From Octopus vulgaris (lineage: Eukaryota): a stretch of 64,000 nt of DNA. The stretch lies in assembly GCA_951406725.2 (NCBI GenBank), contig OX597820.1:127534001-127598000 (forward strand). The letters run 5' to 3'. Positions 49,640 through 62,757 of the stretch are shown piece after piece (the stretch's first letter is position 1; the number at the start of each line of letters is the position of its first letter). The notes beneath the pieces were generated by a model, which did no database searches, had not been told where the DNA came from, and saw only the letters and a program-made list of their open reading frames with translations. The position numbers and the translations under genes are program-made.

Positions 49640-49981
49640 TATGAAGCATGTAAAAAGCACCTTTAGAGTGTTGGGCCTCATAGAGGCAAAGTGGCTGAGC
49701 TCCTTTCGAGTACTGGGCCTCACAGAGGCAACGACTGAGACCTTTGGGATTATGTCATGCTTGAGAAGAAGAAGACCCATCAAGCTGAGCAAAATTGCAG
49801 TCGTGGCAGATACCAGTGTCATGCAAATGGTACCCGTACTGGTGGTATGTAAAGGTACCCATTATACTCTGAGTGGTTGGGCATTAGGAAGGGCATCAAG
49901 CCAAATCAGACTGGAATCTGGTGCAGCCTTCTGGCTTGCCAGCCCCAATCAAACCGTCCAGCATAGACAACGAACATTAAA
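49640..49981 (+). mobile_element. RTE 3'-end fragment, tail-to-tail with the next copy
   Basis: tgggcctcacagaggcaa...gacctttgg...gaagggcatc...aaccgtcca. Confidence 0.75.
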
Positions 49982-51200
49982 CATCATCATTGTTTAACGT
50001 CTGCTTTCCATGCTGGCATGGGTTGGACGGTTTGGCTGAGGACTGGCAGAGTTTCTACAGCTGGATGACCTTCCTAACGCCAACCACTCTGAGAGTGTAG
50101 TGGGTGCTTATACGTGCCACGCTCAAATGGTGTTTTTTATGTGCCACCTGCACAGGAGCCAGTCCAGCGGCACTGGCAAAGGCCTTGCTTGAATGTTGTT
50201 TTTCATGTGCCAGTAAGGTGACGCTGGCAACTATCACGCTCGAATGGCACTTTTTATGTGCCACTGACACGGGAACCAGTCAATGGCCCTGCAATTATCA
50301 CTCTCAGATGGTGCTTTTAACGTTCTACTGGCATGGGTGCCAGTCAGGCCGTTCTTTCATTGGCCATGTCAGCGAATTTGATTTTGATTGTGATTTCACT
50401 TACCTCAACAGGTCTTCGCAGACAATGCATAAGTAGGCTGGTTACACCCCTGGCATAGGCCACGGGTTATGGTCTCACTTGGCTCAAAAGGTCTCAAGCA
50501 CAGCATATCTCCAAAGGTCTCAGTCACTAGTTATTGCCTCGGTGAGGCCCAATGTTCATACGTCATGCTTCACCACCTCATCCCAGGTCTTCCTGGGTCT
50601 ATCTCTTCCACAGATTCCCTCAGCTGCTCGGGTGTGACACTTTTTCACACAGCTGTCCTCATCCATTCGCACCACATGACCATACCAGCGCAGTTGTCTC
50701 TCTTGCACACCACATCTGATGCGTCTTAGGTTCAACTTTTCTCTCAAGGCACTAACACTCTGTTGTGTATGCACACTGACATTACACATCCAGCAGAGCA
50801 TACAGGCTTCATTCCTTGCAAGTTTACGCATGTCCTCAGCAGGTCAAGGCCCATGTTTCACTGCCATGTAGCATGGCTGTTCACACACATGCGTCATACA
50901 GTCTACCTTTTACTCTGAGCGAGAGGCCCTTTGTCACCAGCAGAAGTAGGAGCTCTCTGAACTTTGCCCAGGCTATTCTTATTCTAACAGCTACACTTTC
51001 AGATCACCCACCCCCACAACTGACTTGGTCACTTAGGTAATGCAAGCTGTCAACTACTTCTAGTTTTTCTTCCTGGAATGTGACGGAAGCTGTTCTCTGC
51101 TCATTTCCAGTGTTTATTGCTCCTGAGCATCTGCCACATACAAAAACTATCTTCCCAGTTAGCCTCCCTTTGATATTACTGCACCTCTTATGTGTCTATA
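49982..51200 (-). mobile_element. 5'-truncated RTE LINE, same subfamily as 28905-31080
   Basis: Reverse complement of ~29750-31080, sharing diagnostic lesions. Confidence 0.93.
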
Positions 51201-52129
51201 CACACACGACACTTCCCTATTGTCTTGTCTGCTCTGCTATTCAGCACTTGTTGCCTTCTCTGCTCTGCCTTACAGAAAGTGTACATTTCTAACATCCACC
51301 CCTATAATACACAACGTCCATACAACAAATTATCCACTTGTTTTGGGGTTTATCCTGACACCAAGATTAGATAAGTTGCTCTCCTCAGCATATACAGACT
51401 TATCCAAACTTATGAATTTCTTTATAATTTTTGTTGCTGTTGACCATTGCTAGTCTTTGGACTCTGAATTTACTTTATAATATAGATTAGCAGGTGCCTC
51501 TATTTCATTAATCAACACTGCCAACAGCCTTAAGTTTAAAAAAAAAATTATTTTACAAGTATCTTAATCCTGCATCTATTTAAATATTCCCGAGGCCCTT
51601 CCTGATCACCTTTACATTGTGTTCTCTGCTTATGTGTTTCATACAAACTATGTTGTTTTGAAAGGAAAATTTTTATTACTAAAGTTGTCAGAAAAAGTCC
51701 TCTCATGTTTGTAACTTAAAATGAGTCAGATGATTACCAACAGCGACAGACAAAATATTCTGATATGGATTAGATTTAGATTATTTTCTTTGGTGTATTC
51801 TTCAAGTAGAACGAATTACATCAGTTGTTTCTAACTTTTGATTATTAAGGACCCTTTTTATTTAAATTAGTTTTTCCATGAAACCCGGTTCTCCTTTACT
51901 CAATTGACTTTATTAACTAACAAAAATTTGTTCTTCCTGTTTTCATTTCTTAATTGTAAGTTATATGTAATTAAGTAATTAAACACATTGTCCATTGTAA
52001 GGTTTTAAAAAGCTTGAGCACTGCTTGCTGTTTGTCCCACCAAAGTCAGGAACCGCTGACTTACATTTGGAGATGGTGCCGTTTCACCATTCTGCAGGAA
52101 AAAAAGAAATGCTTGGCAGTTCGACGAAG

Positions 52130-52611
52130 CAGTGATCTGTGATCCTTTTGCCCCATGGACTTGTTTCATAGAAGACCATTTTCCCATGGTTTGGGGGAAT
52201 CACACCTAACAAAACAATAAAGTGCAAAACATATAATTTAGTTATTACAAATATAACACACACATATATTACATATGTAATACAGATATAATGCAAAAAC
52301 ATTCTACAGACTGCAATGGTCAGTAAAATAGAAATAAGATTTACAAATATTTTTCTCTATGGCCTGGTATCAAATGATAGCCTGGCACTGGCCCACAGTT
52401 TGGTAGTTACTCTTTTACTCTTTTACTTTTTTCATCATTTGACTGTGGCCATGCTGGAGTGCTGCCTTTAGTCAAGCACATTGACTCCAAGACTTTGTAA
52501 GCCTAGTACTTATTCTATTGGTCTCTTTTGCTAAACCGCTAAGTTACGGGGGTGTAAACACACTAGCATCGGTTGTCAAGCAATGTTGGGGGGACAAACA
52601 CAGACACACAA

Positions 52612-52676
<65 letters not shown>

Positions 52677-52858
52677 TATGATGGGCTTCTTTCAGTTTCT
52701 GTCTATCAAATCCACTCACAAGGCTTTGGTCGGCCCAAGGCTATAGTAGAAGACACTTGCCCAAGGTGCCACGCAGTGGGACTGAACTTGGAACCATGTG
52801 GTTGGTAAACAAGCTACTTACCACACAGCCACTCCTATGCCTATAGTTGGGGACACCT
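52130..52858 (+). mobile_element. hAT/MER1-like MITE interrupted by a family B SINE
   Basis: cagtgatc...ttttgccccatggac...gaagaccattttccc left end; the gttggggacacctg right end resumes after the SINE. Confidence 0.6.
52408..52841 (-). mobile_element. Well-preserved SINE, family B, with internal (TA/CA)n
   Basis: Minus strand: ggcataggagtggctgtgtggtaag (A box), gttcagtccc (B box), ccttgggcaag core and (gtaaaaga)n tail. Confidence 0.92.
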
Positions 52859-53391
52859 GTGATAAAAAATATCAAAGATTTCAATGCTTTTTTTTAAAAA
52901 AAAAAAAAATTTTAATATCTTCATAGTATCTCACTAACAGAAATTTATTTTTGTTCATTGAGAAGATTGAATCTTGGTACTGCCATCATAAAAGAAAAAG
53001 AACAAACATCTTATTGCACTTAGTTTTCTTTCTACGTTATTTCAAATGTATTGCAGAAATTTCACTACTACATGGTTTCTGGTTTGATCCTACTGTACTG
53101 CACCATGGACTAACAGAAGCATTGCAAGTAAAATCTGGTTGAAAGAAATTGTAGAAGCCTGTTGAAGAGAGCATTTCTGTTCTTGGTTGGTAGATTTCTT
53201 CTATTCTTCAGTTTAATACTCCCTTAACTGTGCATGTGGATTAGAATAGTGGAGTATGCTTTGCTGTAAAAAATAGGATCAAATCTTCAGTCTGAGGATA
53301 AGTTTTATCCCTTCTCACCAATCTCAGAAGTTCTACAAAGGGTTTACTGCTCTTCTTTCTCTGGCTAAACAAAAGTAAAAACAAAAACAAG

Positions 53392-53720
53392 TGCCAGTGT
53401 GGTAAGAATCTTGCTTCCTAGACACATGCTTCTGGGTTCAGTCCCACTGTGTGGCACCTTCAAGCTGACTAAAGCCTTGTGAGTGGATTTGATAGACAGA
53501 AACTGAAAGAAGCCTGTCATATATATGTGTGTGTGTCTTTGTGTTTGTTCCCCTACCATTGCTTGGCAACTGATGTTGGTGTGTTTATGTCCCCATAACT
53601 TAGCTATTTGGCACAAAAGAAACTAAGAGGATAAGTTTTAGGCTTACAAAGAATAAGTCCTGGGGCTGACTTCTTTGATTAAACCCTTTAAAACGGCCGT
53701 ATTTAAATGTCTGAAACATA
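53392..53720 (+). mobile_element. SINE, family B
   Basis: Colinear with the reverse complement of 52408-52841, with an internal deletion. Confidence 0.8.
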
Positions 53721-54191
53721 TAAAAGAAATTTGTCATCCTTCATCTGTTGATTAAATAATTAGTGTACCAGCTTTCCATGAGCAGTCTGTAACTTCCTTC
53801 GTCCTTTCATAATCGCCTTTTTTTGGTCCCCGAATCAGTTAAGAACACTGCTACTACAACTAAATAAACATTGTCTCCACGTAGCATCTCTTTATGGTGA
53901 GAAGGTTTTCAGGGGACATAATACAATAATGACTGCGATACAACCCATTAAATCTGCTAAATCAGTTGCCCCAGTCTCTCATCAACCGATGTAGCTCAAC
54001 TTAGTTAATTCATGCTTTTAAAATTTTTTGCTTTGTTTAATACCAGACTGGCTTGGTGCATCAACTTAAGAACCTTATTCAAATGAATCTTCATTATTTC
54101 TTAAATATACTTTTGTTGTATGTATATATACATACTTATATATATATACATACATTTCTTATACATACTTTTGTATGCATGTATGTATATA

Positions 54192-54380
54192 ACACCATTT
54201 GAGCGTGGCCGTTGTCAGTCCCACCAGACTGGGCCTCGTGCCGTTGGCACATAAAAGCACCCACTACACTCTCGGAGTTGTTGGCGTTAGGAAGGGCATC
54301 CAGCTGTAGAAACTTTGCCAGATCAAATTGGAGCCTGGTGCAGCCATCTGGTTCGCCAATCCTCAGTTAAATGATGATGA
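54192..54380 (+). mobile_element. RTE 3'-tail fragment
   Basis: gtgccgttggcacataaaagcacccactacactc...gaagggcatccagctgtagaaac...(gat)n. Confidence 0.85.
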
Positions 54381-54944
54381 TGAGGAGGAGGAATTTTCTT
54401 ATTACCAACACAATTTAAGTTCAGGATAATGGTTTGAACAAATTATTTGAAAATGAATCAAATTGCATTTTTTCATTTTTTTAATATATTTTACTCTTTC
54501 TCTGGAATGGACTCTAAAACTTGATCCAATTCTTCCTAATAGCTTAAGCACTGCAAAAAATAGTCCATTTAATTAAATCGACACATTTTCTTAGTGTCCT
54601 GCTTTCTCTCTAAACTCATAATATAATGTTTGTATCACCAGAGTTAATTCATATCAAGTTTGCATGGATATCCTGACCAATTTTGTCATTGGCAAGTAGA
54701 TGCTGTTTTGTCTCAGGTGAGCCCTGATTTAACAGATTTATGACCAAAGGCATTCCAACCTTGATCATCCCATTTTCACCATCTAAAGTCTTTCTTTCTT
54801 AAAGATTGTTGGGTGATGTTTGAAAAATGTTTGGCTGCTATTTCTAGTAAGTCAAGCGACCATGTTGAGGTTCAGTGAGTTGGCATAATTGAGTTACAAA
54901 ATGTAACATAACACAAAATATCAATTCATATATGTGTGCATATA

Positions 54945-55362
54945 TCTTGTTTGTCATTGGACTATAGCCATGTTGGGGCACCATCTTGAAGGGATTTGAC
55001 CTAATGAATTGATCCCAGTACTTAGATTTTTTGAAGCCTGGTACTTATTCTATAGATCTCTAATGCTAAAGTGCTAAGTTATGGGGATGTAAACAAACCA
55101 ACACCTGTTGTCAAGCTTTGGTGGGGACAAAGACGTGTGTGTGTGTGTGTGTATATATATAGGTGTACATATATATATATATATATATATAAATATATAA
55201 TGTACACCTACACACACGCAGTGGGCTTCTCTCAGTTTCTGCCTACCAAATCCACTCACAAGACTTTGATTAGCCCGAAGCTATGATAGAAAACTCTTGC
55301 CCCAGATGCGATGCAGTGAAGAAGCAAATGGTTAGGAAGGAAATTTCTTAATCATTCAGCCA
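54945..55362 (-). mobile_element. SINE, family B (degenerate)
   Basis: Colinear with 22213-22568 and 52408-52841. Confidence 0.8.
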
Positions 55363-57003
55363 CATTTTTTCAGAAATTTAGAATAAACTCATTTGTCTTA
55401 TCAAATGGAATTTTTGGTATTTCCATATTAACAATTATGATTAATTTCCAATTTTTACAGATGAAAGCATGTGTGCATTTCACTCTTCTAGTTCAAAACC
55501 TTAGTCCTTTAGATTCAGACCTACATGTTACCTCTTAGTGGTTTGTAATCCAAAATGTATTTTAGATAAAGGCTGGAAATAAATGATACAGAATTGAAAT
55601 GCTTAGAGGTATTTTGTCTGTCTTTATGCTCTGAGTTCAAATTCAACTGAGGTCGATTTTTTTTTCCCTTTCATCTTTTTGGGGTTGATAAATTAGGTAC
55701 CAGTTGCGTACTGGAGTTGATTTAATTGACTGGCCCCCTCCACAAAATTTCGAGCCTTGTGCCTAGAGTAGAAAAAAATATTTTACCATTTTTCTTTCAG
55801 TTATCATAATGGTTTGCATCAATTCGCCTTGCATCTTCTGTTGGGACATATTGGTTTCAAATTTTGGCACAAAGTCAGCAGTTCTGGGGTAGGAATAAGT
55901 CAAATACATTGAGCCCAATGTTTAACTGGTATTTATTTAATTGACCCCAAAGGGAAGAAATGCAAAGTTGACCTTGACAGAATTTGAATTCAGAACATAA
56001 AAATGGACTAAATACTGCTTAGCATTTAGGCTGCTAACGATTCTGTCATCTCACTGCCTTATTCTGTTGAAACATCTCTGAAGAATGCTGAATCAGCTTT
56101 TGCTGCAATGCTTTGGGCTGAGCTGCCAAACTAATGGATTCTACAGAAATCACCAATTCTTTGGCTGGTAGTCTGACACTTAAATTCAATTTGTGATTCT
56201 GTAATTCTAAAAATAAATAAGCACCATGATGAATACTGTAGAGCACAAACTGGATGTCTGGCCAACTGGAGCTACAATGCACTTTTAATTTTGAGTTAAA
56301 GTCAATTAATTTGTTGTCAGGTTTAATCCAACAACTTGGCTCTTGGGTGTCTTTAATGGGTTCCAATCTGTTGCAGTTATCTGGACCAGGTCTCTGGTCT
56401 GATAATAACTTCCTCTTACCAGTCCCAGAAGCTCCAAAAAGGGTCTCAGGCACTGCTTTTTTATTCCTCCGATTAAGAAATTTTTAAAACACAAATTATT
56501 TTGATAATTTGGAAAATCAAGAATATCACAAAACATCCCACCTTTTCCTAAGGTCTTTGTATCTTTACAAAATAAAGAAAATATGTATTTATGTTTAAAT
56601 TGTATGTGAAGCAACTTGAAAGTTTACATTTGTTTTTGGAACATGAAAGAATTTTCTGGGGTTTGTAGTGCAAAATTTCTGGCTACATGACTGGAAGTTC
56701 AAAATCACACAACCATTGCATTGTGTTTCATGGTGAGGATCAAAACAATTTTTGTCACACTTTTACTAACAGCAGATGTTTATTTTTACTTCATGGTCGA
56801 CTAGTTAGTGCTAGGATGTTTATACAGCTGTAATACTAAAACAAAGCAAAACACCCCTATTATGTTGAAATGTTTAAACATACACAGACTATCTCACAAA
56901 GAAAAAGCTATCTTGTGGATGTCTTTGTAGTTAAATTTGTTCTTTAGATGTAGAATATTTCTTAAAAGCATTTTTCAGTCACTTTAAAACCCTAGTTGTG
57001 ATA

Positions 57004-57381
57004 CTTGTACTTGTACTTGTGGTCACATTCACCCTGGGCGGATTGAGTCGGCTTCTTCTACTCATGGAAGAAGTTTCGTGGGAATATGTGGATTTCACAA
57101 GCGATCCCCAACAATCCCGCATGTGGAGACATCCTGTTTGCCGCAGATTGTCCGCAGACGCAGGGACAGAATGACCGAGGAGCCGCCAGTTGCTGAAGCA
57201 GACACTCCGGGGATTTTCACCAGAACCCCATCTGCCGGGTTGTGGGCCTAATACCACTCGGTGTCAGACCAATCCGCCTTAGGTGGCCCTACCAGAAACC
57301 GAAGTTCCCGACGGCATAGCTCTGACACTACCCATTTCCAGCGTCCCCACCACGGTGAGGAGGGGATGGATTTTGAGGATA
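57004..57381 (-). mobile_element. Bipartite non-autonomous RTE derivative (RTE 5' UTR fused to a LINE 3' end) with 13-bp TSD
   Basis: TSD CCTAGTTGTGATA at 56991-57003 and 57382-57394. (ACAAGT)3 tail. The 5' part GAGCTATGCC...GTAGGGCCACCTAAGGCGGA..GGTC resembles BovB/Expander 5' UTR motifs as I recall them. Confidence 0.8.
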
Positions 57382-59099
57382 CCTAGTTGTGATAGGTATA
57401 GATGATAACAGTTGGTCAAAGAAACAGCAAATGGAAAAAAGAAGATAGAGAAGGACTTTCTAAAGACTGATCTGAGGAGATGACAAATGGCCAGAACAAG
57501 TTGTGAATTGTTGCGTTTGAGAAACCCGGTCCAACTTATTGTATGCATGGATAAACAAACAGAAAAATGATGATGAAAATGACTTACATCATTTTATTTA
57601 TTGCTTAATTTACAAATGGATGTATATATATATGTGTGTATACATATACATACACATATTTATATTTTTAGGTATATCTGTCTTTTTGAGTGAGCACTTA
57701 TTTTTCATTCGTCTGACATAAACCAATGTATACACCCACGCACACATGCACGAACACACACGCACACACACACACGTACATTATGTACATATACACGTAT
57801 ATGTAGGTATACATACGTATATATGTGTGTATACACATGTATATGTATATATGTATACACATATGTATACATACGTATGTATATTTATATGTGTGAAAAA
57901 AGGGAAATCAGTCTGGTTAATCCATAGTTTGTTGTTTGACCTTCATCAGAAGAAGACTATTCATCGGTCTACGGAGAAATTAGTAGCTTATGGCTATTTA
58001 TTGTGTAAACGAACTTGAAAGCAGCTAAACTGGTCTTTCAGCATTATATTTCAAATTAACTCAAAGTTGAATTAATTAACCAAGCTGTCCGTACATGCAT
58101 GATTGTGCAAATTAGACCAATATATCAGTGTAAGTGATCTAACTGTAAGCTAAATACTTTGTCTGTGGGCAGAGGTGAAGGTTCTTTCTCTGATGAAGGT
58201 CTAAGAAAGTTAGAAACTATCAAGATCGATGTTACTTTACCAATCCACTGAGAGATAAATTGTTGTGGTGTAGCCAGTTGGTTTATTTTTCACTGCAAAA
58301 GTGGGATGTTTACCAATGACGTAGCCCAGGGGCCTGTAAAGTTTTAATTTGACTCTACTGTCAACTACAAAGTGTGGCAATAAGACTCTTCTGTTGTATT
58401 ATCATTTCATCCGGATGATTAAGTTGAAATGCTCTTGAAACTAAACATATAGGACTAATACAAGGAAATAAGAAAATTCTTTCATAAAAAAGGTGACTTC
58501 AACCCAGTTCTGTCTTCAGTACACAAACACATGCATTACATACACACATGCATACATACACACATGCATACATACATGCGTCATGTCGCTTGTTTATTGA
58601 TGTTTTCCCTAAAATCCTTTGTCGTCCTCCTCTGCCACACTTTACATACATGCATACATATGTACGTACGTACGTACATGTATGCATGCTCACGTACATA
58701 CATACATTCATTCATACATGCATACATACACACACACATGCATAATGTATACCTACATCCGTACGATCAATTGGTTGGAACAACAATTTCCACTGATTCT
58801 GTGCGGACCAGACAAAAATGTGAAACCTGTTTTACCCATTTTATAAGCACCGGCAAAAAATGGTATAAAATGGTGATACTGACACTTTTATAATTACATT
58901 TGTATAATTTCTCATTAAATATAACCTACTTTTCTAGCTAAGAAATCTTACCGTAAAATCATTAGAACAAAATCAAAATTGTACGTTTTTACTTTTTGTT
59001 TTTATGGAGTAACACTTTCATTTATTTTTTGTTGAATGTTTGAGTGATTTGAAGAAAAAAAATCCTTTTTGTTTGTTTTGTTATAAGATAAAGAAAGGT

Positions 59100-60718
59100 A
59101 GACAAAATGTTGAGTTTTACATAGGATAGTAATGTTGCACAGTTATAGATGGAGCTGATAGCCGCCAGGGAATTATTACTGCATGTTAGATTGTGCTTGT
59201 CGGTTGATTAGCATATTTGGAATAACAGATCTGCAGGTGGCGCCAAGTCATTCTGTTGGTTATGTGCGTTGCCATAGTTCTGCTGAACCTCAAAACACTT
59301 GGGAATGCACAACAACAGGTTCATCTTTTGAACCAAGATCAAAATTTAACAATAGGCTTGACATACAATTGATTACTCTACACAAAACATTAAATAGTGA
59401 ACTTGTTTCCTACAAGAAGACTTTATCTTAATACTGCAATATAATGCTGTTAACTGTATGAAGGCACATGACCTCGTGGTTACACTTCATTTCATATTGT
59501 CTCTCATTTGAAAAATAAAGTCCCAGCCGATAGCTGGTGCAGCTCTCCTTCGCTCTTTAGTGTTACATCCTTGATGTTTGCTGGTGAAGGTAGGTTCGAG
59601 AGGGAGACTATGCTTGTGCCTCTACAGGTACACAAAAGAATTAACGAAAGCATGCTACTTACTGCCAAATCTCACTCGCTTGTGACTGACAATTTTGCTT
59701 TTTGTTAATTGTACAATGCGCCTAATCGCAACTTTTTGATATTTGTTAATTATGCAGTGATCTTGCTTAACATCTCCGTAATACTCACAGATTTAATACT
59801 TATGCTGGATCCCAGCTTGCAATAGTGATCTGTACTTATACATAATACTTATTAACAACTTTGTAGACCAGCAAGAGTTAAGTACACTCGGCGGCCCGAT
59901 CAATATTGGTGCTGGAAGGGGTTATTGAATATTCAATTGTGCCTAGTGTAATTGCATTAATTACCACCAGTCCTTAGTTTAACACAAGTAAGAGTTGAAT
60001 CTCGAAACAAATGGAAAGAAAGCGAAATGTCTTAGAATTAATTATCTCCCAAGAACTAATTAACATAAGGAACTTCTAAATGATCACTGAACATGCTTGA
60101 AATAACTGCCAAATCCCCCTCAAATAAAACCCTGTTGCTTTTAAAAGACAACGGCACATTGGAAAATGTCATGGATGCTTTATATACAAATAAAAATGGG
60201 ATGATCATATGTGGAACGCTTTTGCTCATAGGTTACTCTGTCAGGATCCACGCGTGCCTGGCAGTTGATAGATATGTAGTTTGAATCGCAAGGTGGGCTC
60301 TGTTTTCTCTGCTCCAGAAATTTCCTGCTGTCGTCAACTTGTAGATAGCTTAAGTGAAACGTTAATAGCATCAACTTCACATACCTAGGAGGGTTTTCTC
60401 TTGAACAAATTAACAGAACAGAAAAGGTAAAGAAAAAAAACGCTTAGCGGCATTTCGTCCGTCTTTTCATTCTGAGTTCAAATTCTGTCATGGTCGACTT
60501 TGCTTCTCATCCTTTCAGGGTCGATAAAAAAAAAAAAAGTACCAGTCGTACACTGAGGTCGATGTAATCAACTTGTTCCCTCCCCTGATATTGTTGACCT
60601 TGTGCTAATGTTTGAAGCCAATATTAAAGCGTGATTCTAAACAATTTTATTCTGAGGTCAGTTTAATTATATATACATCTTTATAAGTACAAGTTTTATA
60701 CTGGTACCATTTTAACTG

Positions 60719-60754
<36 letters not shown>

Positions 60755-61238
60755 ATATACATACATATGTCCGCCTATCTATCTACATTGCTATGTAAAA
60801 ATTGTCAAGCTCCAAGTCGAACAAGAAATTATTTAGATACTTCTTTCCTCCATTATTCTTTTCCGCTTAATTTAACGAAATATTTAGCAAAACAAAAACT
60901 AAAGTAATTGTAAAGGATAGAATATTACACAATCACTTCTACTCTAGGACAAGGCCCGATATTTTTGGGGAGGGGACCAGTCGATTAGATCGACCCCAGT
61001 ACGCAACTGATACCTAATTTATCGACCCCGAAAGGATGAAAGGCAAAGCCGACCTCGGCGAAATTACATAATATTGATAATACTGGATTATCAGTGCAAT
61101 TTTTACCTGTGTTTTAAAATACTTACCACGAACAAATACTCTCAAGTTAACAAGAGTTTTTCCCCTTCGCTCTAAAATCTCAGAGACTAAAGATACTTTC
61201 CTCTGTCGTATTGAGTGAAATAATTTAATATCAGCCAT
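59100..61238 (-). pseudogene. Candidate decayed ankyrin-repeat and SOCS-box (ASB-like) gene
   Basis: Exon 61127-61238 (MADIKLFHSIRQRKVSLVSEILERRGKTLVN, donor GTAAGT), 15-nt exon 60385-60399 (EKTLL), exon 59789-59942 (ITP...AAECT*LLL...LLQAG) and an exon from 59409 with LGATCRSVIPNML. Stops and frameshifts are present. Confidence 0.4.
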
Positions 61239-61955
61239 TCATTTATATTTGTACTTCAATAAACTCATGGTTCCCATCTGTTTATTATAATAGAGATATA
61301 GTTTGGGTTAATTTTATTGCTTGTCTCTTAAAGAAGCCGTGTATGATTAGGTCTAAAAGCAACCTTTCTCGCGCCTCGGTCCTCATGAGACGGGCCGCAC
61401 TACTGAACATTTCAAGGCAATTTTTTCGTTAGATGTGCCACTCAGCAAGTCCTGCGGGCCATAGCTTGCTTATCTTAGCTTAGACAAATTTGAATCTGAA
61501 TATAACCCTAATCCAGTGGATCTTAAGCTTTTACGGCTCAGCGCCTCTTTCATAGAATAATGTTTAAAAACCCTCCTTCGCACATTTGAAAACAAAGGCA
61601 AAAAGATTTCTATTGTTAATCAAACAACTTTACGTTCTAAGTTACCGGAGTCGACTTTGTCTTTCATCCTTTCAGAGTCGATAAAATAAGTACGATTTCC
61701 TCTTCAAAAAACTCGAGATAAAAAAGAAAATGTTTTATTTAATAATTGCATGGATAATCAAAGGTCACCGTGGAAAATGAATTGACACAATTCTTGTAAA
61801 TATTCAAGATATTTCATAATTTGTATCTCTGACCGTCATATGCGTCATACGAGAACGGCCCAACAGAAAACAAAATTGGCCACCCTCTGCGGTCATAAAA
61901 AATCGCGCACTCCCCTACTCTACTGCCACATATAATATATACATACATACATACA

Positions 61956-61991
<36 letters not shown>

Positions 61992-62080
61992 TATATGTAT
62001 ATATGTGTGTGTGTATGTGCGTGTATATATATATATATGTGTGTGTGTATACATACATACATACATACATACATACATAC

Positions 62081-62134
<54 letters not shown>

Positions 62135-62150
62135 TATATACATATATATA

Positions 62151-62380
62151 AGGCGGCGAGCTGGCAGAAACGTTAGCACGCCGGTCGAAATGCGTAGCCG
62201 TATTTCGTCTGCCGTTACGTTCTGAGTTCAAATTCCGCCGAGGTTGACTTTGCCTTTCATCCTTTCGGGGTCGATAAATTAAGTACCAGTTACGCGCTAG
62301 GGTCGATGGAATCGACTTAATCGCTTTGTCTGTCCTTGTTTGTCCCCTCTGTGTTTAGCCCCTTGTGGGTAGTAAAGAAA
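62151..62380 (+). mobile_element. Young SINE, family C
   Basis: CpG-rich head ggcggcgagctggcagaaacg...gagttcaaattcc and core gactttgcctttcatcctttcggggtcgataaattaagtaccag. Flanked by (TA)n. Confidence 0.9.
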
Positions 62381-62419
62381 TATATATATATATATGTGTG
62401 TGTGTGTATATATATATAT

Positions 62420-62623
62420 GCGAGCTGGGAGAAACGTTAGCAGGTCGGGCGAAATGCTTTGCGGTATTTCGTCTGTCTTTATGTTCTGAGTTTAAATTCT
62501 GCCGAGGTCGACTTTGCCTTTCATCCTTTCGGGGTCGATAAATTAAGTACCAGTTGCGTACTGGGATCGATCTAACCGACTGGCCCCCTCCCTCAAAATT
62601 TCGGGCCTTGTGCCTAGAGGAGA
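62420..62623 (+). mobile_element. Young SINE, family C, with a different 3' tail
   Basis: Same head and core as 62151. Its tail actggccccctcc...gccttgtgcctagag is shared with ~55595-55772. Confidence 0.88.
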
Positions 62624-62672
62624 AAATAATATATATATGTGCATATATACATACTTATATATATATATACAT

Positions 62673-62757
<85 letters not shown>

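Noticed and set aside
56046-56483. ~146-codon minus-strand open frame
   Set aside because: GTG start, no convincing splice sites and no recognisable domain. It could be a decayed exon or TE, but I cannot support that.
58185-58225. CTGATGA...GAAACTATC hammerhead-like motif (also a lone CTGATGA at 4882)
   Set aside because: Stem I and II pairing is too poor. At most very decayed PLE remnants.
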